In this document: piece by piece, positions 24,201-36,471 of the stretch
Position numbering within the stretch: the stretch's first letter is position 1
How the letters are laid out: each line of letters opens with the position of its first letter
Source: Strigamia acuminata
Lineage: Eukaryota
Assembly: GCA_949358305.1 (NCBI GenBank)
Contig: OX442314.1
Span: 17,112,001 to 17,176,000 of the forward strand
Direction: 5' to 3'
DNA: 64,000 nucleotides
The notes under the pieces: generated by a model
Told to the model about the DNA's origin: nothing
The model's input: the letters and a program-made list of their open reading frames with translations, nothing else
The model's database searches: none
Made by a program: the position numbers and the translations under genes

Positions 24201-27200
24201 CGATTCACTAACAACATTGGCCGGCAGGGCACAAGGGAGTTCTTTTTCCTTCGTTTTTTTTAAAACTTTTTTTTGGTTTCAAGGAGAGAGCGAGGTGACG
24301 CAGGCCTCACGTGAAAAATCCCTTGAGTTATGAGGAGAGGCGCCATTGTTCCACTCACTGTTACTTCACCTGAATCACCCGAGCTGAAAGGGTTAGACAG
24401 GCACCTGAGGAGGGAAGGGGATTCGAAGAGGGGATCCACCGTACTGCCTCATTTGAATGTGCAAGAACCTCATTTGCATAACTTGCCCGCAGCTTTCTTC
24501 TCTCGGAACGAAAGGGTTACGCACTGATGGCACACGAGCCTCGCTCGAGGACCCGCTTCAAAGAAACTGATTTCGAGGGAGCCAACTTCCTGGCCAACAC
24601 CCACGCCCCCACGCGACCCCAAAACCCACCTAACAGATGCGAGAAAACAAACAAACAAACAATTCTCAAACCCGCAGAAACATAAACCCATCGAGCAAAC
24701 CCTGTGCGAGATATGCAGAAACGCAACGCCACTTCAAAGGTTAACTACAGTTCGCCCAATGACCCGACTCACCTGGTCGGAGGCCACATCGATCCGCCAA
24801 ACCGCGCTATAAATGATCCACCAGCCGAAAGAAGGAAAGAAAGAAAGCGAAACGAACATTAACGACAAAAAACGAGTAATACAACTGAGTAATAATAAAG
24901 ATCGTAAATAAAAAATAAACATCATGTTTTTCCGAAAAATAAAAACAATAATAAAAAGGTGTAGAAGAACGCGGGTGGTTGACAAATGTCAACTTGATGG
25001 CTCCATCAACAAAGACAAGGCACAATTTCAGGGGCTTGAAAACAGAACATTGGACTCGTACTCCACAATTACAAGGCGCACACCTGAGTTTTTCATTTAT
25101 CCCCTAAGTGGGTCTTTTTCCCTTCGCAAGACACCCGCTTCGTTATTAAAACAATAAAAAAATATTCACTTTTTTATATCAAAATGGGGATGATGAAAAA
25201 GATGAGGACAGCAGCTGGCTCACCTGGACGAATTTTAAGGAGTAGGGGCTAATTAATACATACAAACACACACACATTTCCAACGACTTTTCCCCCACTG
25301 TCTTAACGACTCAAATACTAATTCAGTAACAAAAAAATTCTGTAATGATTAAATTATTTTTTTAAAAACAAAGAAAATTAAAAATATAAAAAATATAATG
25401 ACCAAGGGGCATCTAGAAAATAATTAAAGTCAGAAATGTGCTTCATTTCCAAAGCCAAGAGAATAAAAACGCCCGAGAACGGCCGGCATGAAAAAAAATC
25501 CGGCGTTGGTGGTTTGTGTGAAGATCTAGATTAAGGGAATGATAAGAAATGTTGGGAGGAGGAATGTAAAGAGGGGGACATCTTCCTCCGCCCCTCAATC
25601 TTACGGCTGATTAGCCACACACAAGGAGGAAAGTGAGCAGCGGGTCCCTTCCCCATACGGGGTAAGCAATAAAAAAAAGAATAAAAAAGAAAAAAAGAGG
25701 GACGCGAAGGGAAGGTGGGAGAGAGAGAAAGGGAAAGGGAAGTTGTACGCAACGCACTTGGCACTTGGACATGTTGAAGTATGGGAAGGAAAAAAATTTC
25801 ACGGCCATATTTTAAACGGGAAAATAAACATAAGCCTTAATAAACGGAGCGCAGTTACGCGGAGCATCATCTAGACGCTGAATAGTCGCCATATTGAACG
25901 CGCGATGAAGTTAGAGCGGGTGGGGAGATGAGGGAGGGGTCAACGAAGGCCAGTGGTCAAATGCGATACCCACCACGTGAGCTTGAGGGGGTGGTCCTTG
26001 CGTGTTGAGTGGTCTCATGATGCGTCGTTGGTTGTCGAGCGGCGGTGCGTGGCTCATCGATGCGTCTCGGCGCGTCTCGGCGATGCGAAAAAATCACGAG
26101 CGCAAAGGGGTGCCGCCGACTCGACTCGACGACCAACACTTTTTCGTTGGGCGCGGCCATAAAAATCCCCCTCCCCCCATACCCATCTTTTCTCCCGCAC
26201 CCTACACCTCCTTGTTTATCGTCAGCAGCGAGAGGCGACGTCACAGCTCAGTGTGGCAATCAATGGCAAGAGCCAAGGTGCCTCCCTCACCGAGCGTCTC
26301 CTCCCTCATCCTACACACCCCACTTCTCATCCTCGCGCTCGTTTTCATCTTGCCTGCAATAAAATGGCGCCCTCTTTTTTATTTCTCTTTGCATTTCTCG
26401 TGTCCATTTTCTCCGTTTCTGCACAAATGGACGCGCGAGGACTTTGACTCAAGTTTCCGATATTTCGCATCCCTTAGACACTGCCGTTTATCACCCTTTA
26501 AACCCGATGTTCCGATGACGCATTCGTAACGCAGTAATGGCAAAGGATGGGTGGGAGTCGTGAGTCACGCATCGATCGGAGCTCGGCCCGAAAGGGGAGC
26601 ACTGACGTCAGAGCCGCCGTCGCCACTGAATAAAGAATATGCAAACACACGCGGAGAAGGCTGGGAAATCATCAATAATCCTTTGCTCTTCGCTTTTTTC
26701 GCTGCACCCGACACCTTCTCCGTGGTCGGTCATTCACATAATCCGAGAAAAAGATGGACACGTGTTTTATTTTACTTTTTATTTTTTTTTTTAGAATTAA
26801 AAAAAATAAAAATAAAAATTAAGGAACATTGACCTCGAGAAATTTAAATATACACAAACGACAAATCAAACGCAATTTCATTTGTCTGAATATTCTCGTG
26901 TTTCACTCAAAATTGACTCATGGCGTCTCATCAGAACAACGGATCATCTGAAGATGCGACGCGTGCCTCCTTATCAAATATTTTAATCAATTTTTTTTCT
27001 TTCTTCAAAAAATTAAATTTGATTTTTCCGTTTGCAAAAAAAAAGGAAAATGGAAATGGAAAAGGTTTGTTTGCTCACAAATTGAGAATAAAATTATATG
27101 ATTGAATGAGATGATTTCTTTGATTTGTTTGTATCACGCATATTCAAATGGCATTCAGCAAGTGCCAGGTGACAAGTTCGTGCTTGGTTGGCCAGGTGCG

Positions 27201-28693
27201 TGGTCCGTTGGTGCAAAGTATTCATTTCCTACGGAAATGAGGTAATAAGCGCTTACTGCATCTGTTGTCGTTGTATTTTTCTGGTGGGACGCGTCTCTTG
27301 ATTTGCCGATCCCCTCCACTGGACGTGCCTCCCTAGTCGGCTCATCTTTAATTTTGCTCAGACAAATCAGGCAAACAATAAATTCATTACAAATACAAAT
27401 GTAGAAAATTGTATATAAAAAAGTTAATTAATTAAAACTAAAAAAAAAAATATTATATTTAAATTTGTAAAACAAAAAAGTTGTGTCATCTGTTGTCGGC
27501 GTCGATCGCCCAGTGGGTCTCGTGACCCTGTCTTTGTATCTTCCCCGACTGCTTGGGGTTGGCGGAATAGAAGGGTTATATTCAAATCCAGCAGCAGGAC
27601 TCAAAGGGTTAGTGATGGCCATCGGAAGGAAGCGGTCCATTCAGAGTGGTTTAACTGGTCCTACAGGATCCGAGAGTTTGCCATCCACCATGCCACCCTT
27701 CCTCCTTCTCTCCCTCCCCCTCCTTCCCCCCATATATTTTTCCTTGCTCGCATTCACCTCATAAATATGACGTTGCTTGTTGTTGTTGTTTATTTTTTAA
27801 GACGCATCAGCCCAGATGGTGAGGGAAGGGGTAAAGAGCGAGATGCGATCAACGATGCAGACCACGCACACTGTTTGCCTCGCGGATAAAATTTCATCGC
27901 GGCCAGGAAACGCGCGCGAGGGACGATGCCATCATCATCATCACCATCATTGAACGAAACCGTGATCGATGTACGGGGATTCACCACCCACGCTCGCGCC
28001 GCCAATGAATAAGACACGGCCGACTAAGGCTGGGTGTTGCCATGACAATCAACGACCAATGGAAAGAATTCTCTCCAATCGCAAAACGCACGAACCACAT
28101 AAATTAACGAACGCTGCACAACGTCGACCCCGATGCAATTAAAGAAAAAGAGCTACACCTGCTACTCGGGGATCACCCCTTACTCCCCAACCCGCATCAT
28201 GAATTAAATACCCTGGAGTTGTAATAAAAGAGAATGGATTTTTTAAATAGCTGCTTACCGGATTATTTTTCAGGTGAGATGATGGGACGTTTTCAAGATG
28301 AGCTGGTCATTGATTCAGTACTGTGTGCTTCGGGCCGGTGTTATTACATCGTGTCGTGATCGTGATCGTGAATGAAGACGAAGACGGTGGAGTTGAGAAG
28401 AAGAAATTCTGACCCGTTCCCTCAATTTTGATTGCTCACACACACAAATGGTCGATGGTGGCAGTAATTGAAAAGTTTACGTTGTGTGAAATTTGGCTTA
28501 GAATCTTTTTTTCTCTCTTTTTATACTTAATTTTTTAATGTTTTTTGGAGAAGTTGAATTTTAAATTTGCTTTAGTGTTAAATTGATTTGATAAAATTTA
28601 GCGTGTCGAAATGAGAAAACAATTGATAAATAAACAAGCGGAAATGAACCATCATCGACCAAATATACGAAGAAATAAGCAGGAAATAAGGCA

Positions 28694-28745
28694 GCTTACC
28701 TGTAAAAAAAAAAAAAAAAAAAAAAAAAGAAAAGAAAAAAAAGGT
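28694..28745 (-). other. candidate recursive splice site (ratchet point)
   Basis: Minus strand reads T25-ACAG|GTAAGC, junction 28700/28699. Confidence 0.6.
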
Positions 28746-31700
28746 GAGACATTAAAATATAAATGTAAAATTTTCGAAGAAGTAAATGTTTCTTTAAGAG
28801 ATAAGGAGGAATAAAGGTGAAAAAAAGAGACAGGAATCGACAAAAACGGAGGAACAAATAAAAGTCCAAAATAATATTTTTATGCATTTAATAAATAATT
28901 TTATTAGTAATTAATCGGAGAAAAAAATAGATATTTTATTTTTAGTAAAGGTTTTGTTTTATAGTTTTAATTATATATTTTATTAGAAAACGTTAATAAC
29001 TTATACACGTTTGACTGAATTAAACGAGAAGATTTCAAACAAGGATAAATGTTAATTCATCAACTACCTTTACATACTAATGTTTACAAAGCTTTGATTA
29101 TATTATCTATAAATGTCGTAATATACGCAACTGCTTTTATAAAACTGCAAAAAAAAGAAGAAAATAAATAAAGAAATAAATAATTCAACGAGCAGTTTGC
29201 AATTAAATTTTTTTCTCGATGTTATTTTAAGTTTAACAATTTTATGACGGCATATTTTTAATGTCACTTCCATTCTGTAATTTGTACTTTTTTTTCTTCT
29301 TTCCAAGTTAATGTAACAGATGTTGTCGGATAAATATTTATTAAATAACCCCTAACTGTATCATTATTTTTTTTCGGTTTTAATTTGGTTTAGGCTTAGG
29401 TCCGAACAAAACAACATACCATTTTAAACTCGGATAGGATCCTATCTTTTGTGAAATTAATCACAATTATCCAATCCGTATGTGTGAAAATAGTATTTTC
29501 AGTTCGAAATGAGAATTATCCGTAGGTTTCCCTCACAATATCTGCCATTTCGTCTTCTTACAAAATACAGCTAGTTATTTAAATTAATGAAATAATGTTC
29601 CCTCCGAGACTAAACCTACTCTAAATTGTAACATTTTAAAAAGCCCATAATTCTTAAAATTTAAAAATCCCTAAGAGCAATTCAGGGAAGTATACAAATG
29701 AGTATTACCGGGTTCCCACTTAAAACGCATTTTTACCTATATTCTACTAGAATTTTATCCTCAAAAACGAGTCATTTAACCTGCTAGAATTCTCTGAATC
29801 TAGTTGCGTTAATTGCGTATTCAATCCACTGTACTGCAATTCTTATAGATACGCTTCGGAGATAGGTTTAGAATAGCTAAACGTGAAAATTCTGATGTTT
29901 TACGCCAAATGTTACAATTATTGTTTCTTTATTCACTTCAAATTTATAAAATATAAATTCACGTAACTAAGAAAACATGTATCCAAAACCAGAGATGAAA
30001 TAGTTTCAATGTAAGATGAATTATAAAAGCTGGTTTTACATTCGTTGATTGGAATCTTTCTCTAAAATAGCACAAAACATCGAAATTCTTCCACGTAATT
30101 ACAAATTTCACTTTTATTAAACCGTGACTTTCGGAAACAGTAGATCGCAATCTAATTAATGGATTTTCAGCAATCATTTTAGATGTTTTATTTCTAAATT
30201 TAGTTTAAATAACAAGCTGAATTAATTTTTTCAGCAGTTTTTTGTCGGTCAAAATGAAAAAGCTACTCTGTATAGCACGGCGTTATCCTTGAAGAAACGC
30301 TTATTTTAGTCGGCGTTTCATTTCACTTTATACAAACCTAAAATTTAACAGTATTAGAAAATATACTAAATTTTAATTCTACAAACAAACTTACCGGTAT
30401 TAAATTGCTATTACCCCGCTAGAATTTAATGCGAAATGCAATATCCAAATACAGAATACGACGTGCACCGTATGGATTTAAATATAATTTTGGATATGCA
30501 TAATTCGTTGAAAAAACTAAGAACAAAACAAAACTTTTATGGCAGTTTTTGGAAGAGGAGTTGCTCATGCAAATCCGGCCATTGTTTTGTGTATATACTA
30601 TAACCGTAATAGCCTTTATTAGTTAGTTTCACGCAAGGAACAGTTAATAGCTTTTTTCGCTAAGAAATAATCCTTAAAAATGTTTAATAATATTTTCATT
30701 CAATTTTTTGAAAAACGACCTTTTTAGCGCAAAAAGTACCGATAAAAAGCCACTGCACGAAAACACCTAATTATCTTCAAAAACTCATCGACTGTGTATT
30801 AACTGATATCAAGTTTAATAAAAATTCAAGTGTACAATTTCGGTATAATTTACGAGCATAATTGTACCACGTTTTCCAATTTTAAATATTTTATTTTCTC
30901 TCAATCTAAAGACTAAGCCTCAATTTTGCCCAGACCACAGCGAGCTGGAGGTCGATTTTTCATATTAATCTGAACCTCTAATAAAGCCGTAAATTCATCT
31001 TGGAAAAATTGTGAGCTCGTTTTTTTTTATTTATTTTAAAATGTTACATTAACTTAAAGGTGTGAACAAACAGATTTAATCGGATTGAATGCTTCAATCC
31101 AATTGCATTATCACACCCGTATAACTTTCGGACATAAATACGACTAGTCAGCTATTAAATGCATCCATTGATTAATTTTTAAATAGGCCCACGAATTTAA
31201 ATAAATCTATTTTTGGATATATATATATATATATATTTACTTATAATAAAATGATATTTATGCTCATCCTATTTTTTTTAAAAATCAAACGCATTCTAGG
31301 TACCGTAAACGATTATCTTTTGCAGTCGTAATTAAATTATTTTCTTTAGAAAATCTCCCAAATAAAGTTTTTAAAAAAATGTGCAGAAATGGTCAAATTA
31401 AGCCGATTTTCTGCCACATTTCGGCATAAATTCATTGCATAAATATTTCTCAGAAAGCTCTTCCATTCATTTAATCTAATTCTTCGGTGACTGCCCCTTA
31501 ATTTTCAAGATAAATATACAAAAAAGCTTATAAAATCCCGCTAATCGAATTGCGAAAATGGAAGAAAAATCATTTTGCAAAAAACTCCACCCTCGCAAAC
31601 ACAATAAAGCCGCCATTCGGGGGCTCGATTCACACTTTCAGCCATTTTCGATGCATAAAACGGAACTATTAAAAATGAAAAGAAAACACGACTCAAATCA

Positions 31701-32819
31701 GATTCAACTCAATCAAATTCAAGTACATACCGTAGCTGCTAATGAAAAACTAACGAAATGAGCAGCCGGCTGTTCATGAAGAGAAAACTGGTATGTGTTT
31801 AAAAACCAAAAAAAAAAAAAAAGAAAAAAAAAAAAAAAGAAAAAAAAATTCTCAAGCCGAAAAAAACGGTGTCGAGTTGCGATCACATATCGATAATGAC
31901 CGTAAGGAGGCAAAGAAGAAGACAAGTAGAATTATGGAAGACGACGGGAAATGGGGACGAAGGTGAATGCAAATAACGAGTAATTATCCCGGTAATGGAT
32001 GGTTGTACTTAACCGGAGCCAGCAACGGATGCCGGAACGCAGAAACGTGGGAAAACAACGGCCAACAGTGGCCAAAAGGGAATGATGATATACAGATGAC
32101 CCCAACCATTTTCCTTTCCAATTTTTTCCCTCCCCTTTTCCTTAGTTAAGTTCACTTTCTTCATCGCTTTCTCTCCCCTTTTTTCCTGTAACCTGTTTGT
32201 CCAGAAATCGTCTAACCCTTTGGTGCCAGTTGACAAAGCAAGCTGATGGTGGTGAATACAGCCGCAACCCTTCCCTTCCATCTCTGCAACCCTTTCATCC
32301 CGAGGTTCGAGGAAAGGGTTGAGCTCGATGTGTTAAAATCAGCAGAATAAATAAGCAGAATGTGAGGAGAACGCCGGCGTCGTGGGAACGGTTCCTGCTC
32401 CGACTCGGCCTATGCAGCCTTAACCCTTTCAATACAAAAGGGGATCGAGCTAAAAGAGGGTCCACCTGGAATGCCAAAAAAACTGGTCAGAGTGGACGCG
32501 GGCCAATGGATCCCCCTCGTCGCGCATCAGCAATTCGGCTCAGTTTAGTGGACACTATGCAAATCAACGCCGCACCCTGTTGGCAACACCTGCCCTTTCC
32601 TCCATCCCCCACTTACGGCCCAAGAGACGTTTTTCTTTGTTTGTTTGTTTGTTTGTTTGTTGTGCTTTAAAACGCGCGTCTCTCTCTCGAGATATCTGCG
32701 TTATTCCATCCATCAAGGCGACACATTTTTCGTCATCAAAAGTAATCAACTTTGATGTATTTCTAACTAGGTCCAAGTTCGATTCCCCTCGACAGTGGAG
32801 GAGGAGCTGCGTCCCTCAC

Positions 32820-32965
32820 GGGGGCCAATATGGGCGCCCGTGCCACGAGCCCTCGTCACGACGCCACTTCCCTATTGGAGGGCTGCGCGTTCGCCCGTCC
32901 AATTGGGGGACGTCATATTAATGAGCCACGAGGGGGACGCGGGCGTAAACCAACGCCCAATCAGC
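32820..32965. promoter_or_regulatory. CCAAT-box cluster in a GC-rich island, possible promoter/enhancer between the two zinc-finger units
   Basis: CCAAT/ATTGG at about 32825, 32874, 32899-32906 and 32957 within CpG-rich sequence. Confidence 0.35.
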
Positions 32966-35900
32966 GAGAAAAAATCCCCCGTCGAATAAGACGCGCAGAG
33001 GACATCTAGAATGTCCCCCACACCGAATATACGATATCGAAAATTGGTGGGGCGAAGGGGGGAGGGAGTAAAGGAAACAAAAAAAAATCCAATCTTACTT
33101 TCTACGGCTTTTAATAAATAACATTTTATTCTCGCCATCAATGAACCCTTTATTCACAGTTGGTGTCAACGACCAAAATGGACGGTCACGCACCCCGACT
33201 CCATCTTTGAATCTGTGCTCGCAGCATCCCGATCATCCATTTCCGACTCGTGTTATAAAAAATTATACGTGAGAAAAAAATTGTTTTTTTTTTAATATTT
33301 CCGCTTTCTTCCCCTTCAGGTGCAAATTATCGTCATACCGGAGGATCTTAACACCTTTTTTTCTAATTTAAAAAGGAAATAAATTTTAATATTAAATTAA
33401 GCCTCTTAACAACTATACTTCGACCATTAACTTAAACACTTTGGAAGTCTTAAAAAAATCTAAAACTGATTGCACATTTTTTTTTTCTAAAAATATTTAT
33501 ATCGGAGTTATTTACTGGTGAATCTTTGCATCGTACAAATACCCGTAAAAATCGTTATGGAATTGTGAAGAAACGAAATGTTAGCAACGTTAATTTCGAG
33601 TTAAATATGAGCTGTATTAATGTTTTAATATGCAAAAAAGTTTCGCGGTGGTTTATAATTAATACACAGAAGAGTTAGTGGTACCTATAAAAATAATGAT
33701 AATAATAAAAAAAGACGAATGGCTTAAATGAACTTTATTCGAAGCAAATATACTGAGATAAAACTTGTACAATATGTGATTACTTGATTCGACTGACTAC
33801 TCAAAAATTACCTCAACCAGGTGTCTACAAAAGGATGACTACGCGTAACAAGAAACACGGGTGAGGTGCTGTCATGCGAATCACCTGAACGTACGCGTCT
33901 CCTCCTTAAAACGCCCGCGTCCCGACGTCTCAAAATTTTAAAAAAACGAAAACAAAAATTGCAAAGAAAAGGGCCAACCCGCCAAAAAAAAATTACGTTA
34001 AAAAGAATCAAAACAAACAGGGAAAAAATGATCAAAATGACACTTTTTTTTACAAGGTGCAAAAAAAATATATATCATATACAATATGTAAAAAAAAAAA
34101 AAATTATTATAAAATTAATAATAATAATAATCATAATAATAATTATAATAATATCATGGTCCAATAAAATATAAAAAATGGTTTTATTTTTAAGTCAATG
34201 TGGCCTCTAAGTACAATTTAAAGAGCTCGTGGCTCATTCTGTTGGTCTTAGACCTCGCTGCAATGATACACTTAACAACAATTTCACATAAACAAACCTA
34301 TTTTTTTTTCATTAAAATAAAAGAAGGAGACGCGTGTAAACCCAATCAAATTGACAAGGAATATTGAGCACGTGTATTTATTGCAGCTGCGAAAAACACT
34401 CGCGTGACGCGCATGACAGCAACACCCAAGCAACAAAAAAATTCGCCAAAGGGAGCAAATAAAAAATCAACACAAATCATTACGTATTCCTCATCAGAAA
34501 ACAATATTTTTTTTTTAAATAAACAAAAGTTCACAGCACGTTAAGGTGGAGCTGCGTCGTATATGAAAAAGTCATTGTCATTACTATGTATACTATATAC
34601 AGGTGTGTCCAATGCGCGCCACGGGTCGTGGCTCAACGTGCGAAGAGGCAAAAAATATTTGCAGGTGAAAACAAAAATTACAATTCAAACAAAAAAATTA
34701 AAGTTTACAAGGAAAGAAAAAAAGTTGCTACTTTTAATTTTTTTTTTCTTTGAAAATTTTATTTAAAGGTATAAAAAAGAAGGGAAAGAAATATGGAAAA
34801 AACGCCGCTCTCCTTAAAACGAACCCAAGACGCAGATTTTTATTTTTATTTTTTTTTTCGAAAAAAAAAGTTGAAAGACGCGCGTCTCTTAATGAATCAC
34901 TGACATCGAATGCCACGGTAATCAACTCTTTCATATTTTAGACAGCGTCTCACACTGTTTCTATCAAAAAATTAAAAATAAAATAACGGGAAAAGATAAA
35001 CAAAAATAGAAAAAAAAAGAAGAAAAAAAAAAGAAACAACCTTCAACATTACAACCCGCAACCAAAAAAAACAGCAACCAACGCCAACACCTGACGATAA
35101 ACGCGTCTTAAAAATTGGGATAATTTATTTCTTCACAAGAATTGTTTAAACTTATTTTTACTTTTTCAGATTTTCAAATCAAATTATGAAAAAAAAAACA
35201 AAAAAAAAAATTAAATTCCAAATAAAAGACCCTCTCGGTCATTAAATTTACAACCAATAATATAATAATTATTATAATAATAATAATAAAAATTAATTAT
35301 CTCTTTAACTAGTCATCGCATGACCATAATATAACATGCCCCTCTGAGGGTCTGAAAACAGCGTTTTATACCAAGACTAACAACAAACAGTTTAACTGAC
35401 AGCAAAAAAGACAAAAAAAAAATTAAAAAACAAGAATTAAAAAGAAAATAAAAATAAAAAATACATTCGAGGCCAATGCGCATATCACAGAACGAGATCC
35501 ACGGAACGCAATGAGACGCCACACAGTGTGATATCCGCATGTGGGCGGCCAAGGAAAGAGAGAAAAATATATAACAGGATTCATTATTTCTTCTAAAATA
35601 ATAAGGGATAAATCGAGTGCTCGAACATGTACACAACTAATACTCACCCACTCACACATCAAACATACAACAGACATGCGAGTGTGTGTGAAAGGAGCCT
35701 GACATATACACGTACAAAGTGTATAAAACGACCCGTTTCCACTCATGACTTTGGCTTCGAAGGGCGACAAATAATTAAAATCGAAATTAAAAATAAAAAA
35801 TCATTATCAACTAGAAAGAAAAAAGAAATATGGCGTCCGAATAAAACTGGGACGAGTTGAGCAAAAGGTTTTTTTTTTTTTAATTTTTTTTTTTAGTATT

Positions 35901-36088
35901 TTTTTAGTTTATGCTTTTTTCTTTATATGTAATGAACGTGACGCGGACGCAGCCCATAGAGTCCTACAATTTTTTTTCTTTCTTTTTCCCAAATATTTTT
36001 TTTTATATATACTTTTTTTTTTTAGAAAATGTTTTTCTAGTTGAGCACACGACTCAGCTTATTGCACGTAAAAAAAAAAAAAAAGATT

Positions 36089-36122
<34 letters not shown>

Positions 36123-36471
36123 AAAAAACCATTATAAAAAAAAACAACAACAAAATAAAAAGCAAATAATGAAGGAAAAAAAAACAAAAAAAGAAGAAAA
36201 TTAATTAGAGAACCACGATGAGGACGCGGGCGGTTTCGATTTGTGCGTCCATCCATTCATCCGTCCGTCCAACGTCCGTTGCGCGTCTCGCTCGCTGACT
36301 CCGCCCCGGAGGCACACCTCATGGCCGCCGATCGAGTTCGAGGTTAACTTTAACTTTAACTTGGTTTAAAAACTGATTTTTGTTATTATTATTCTTATTA
36401 GGTATTATTTGTGATTGAATTTGTGTTGTTTGTTAAATTAGAGTTGATTAAACTGAAATTCACACCGGCTG

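Noticed and set aside
23116..25250. Several short AG...GTGAG candidate exons (about 23118-23145, 24088-24188, 24772-24805, 25224-25248)
   Set aside because: None encodes a CxxC half finger or a recognisable peptide; phases mostly incompatible; many coincide with CACCTG E-box-like motifs.
28262..28280. Plus-strand TTTTTCAG|GTGAG ratchet-like motif
   Set aside because: Opposite strand to all genes in the domain, short pyrimidine tract, and no other evidence of an antisense transcript.
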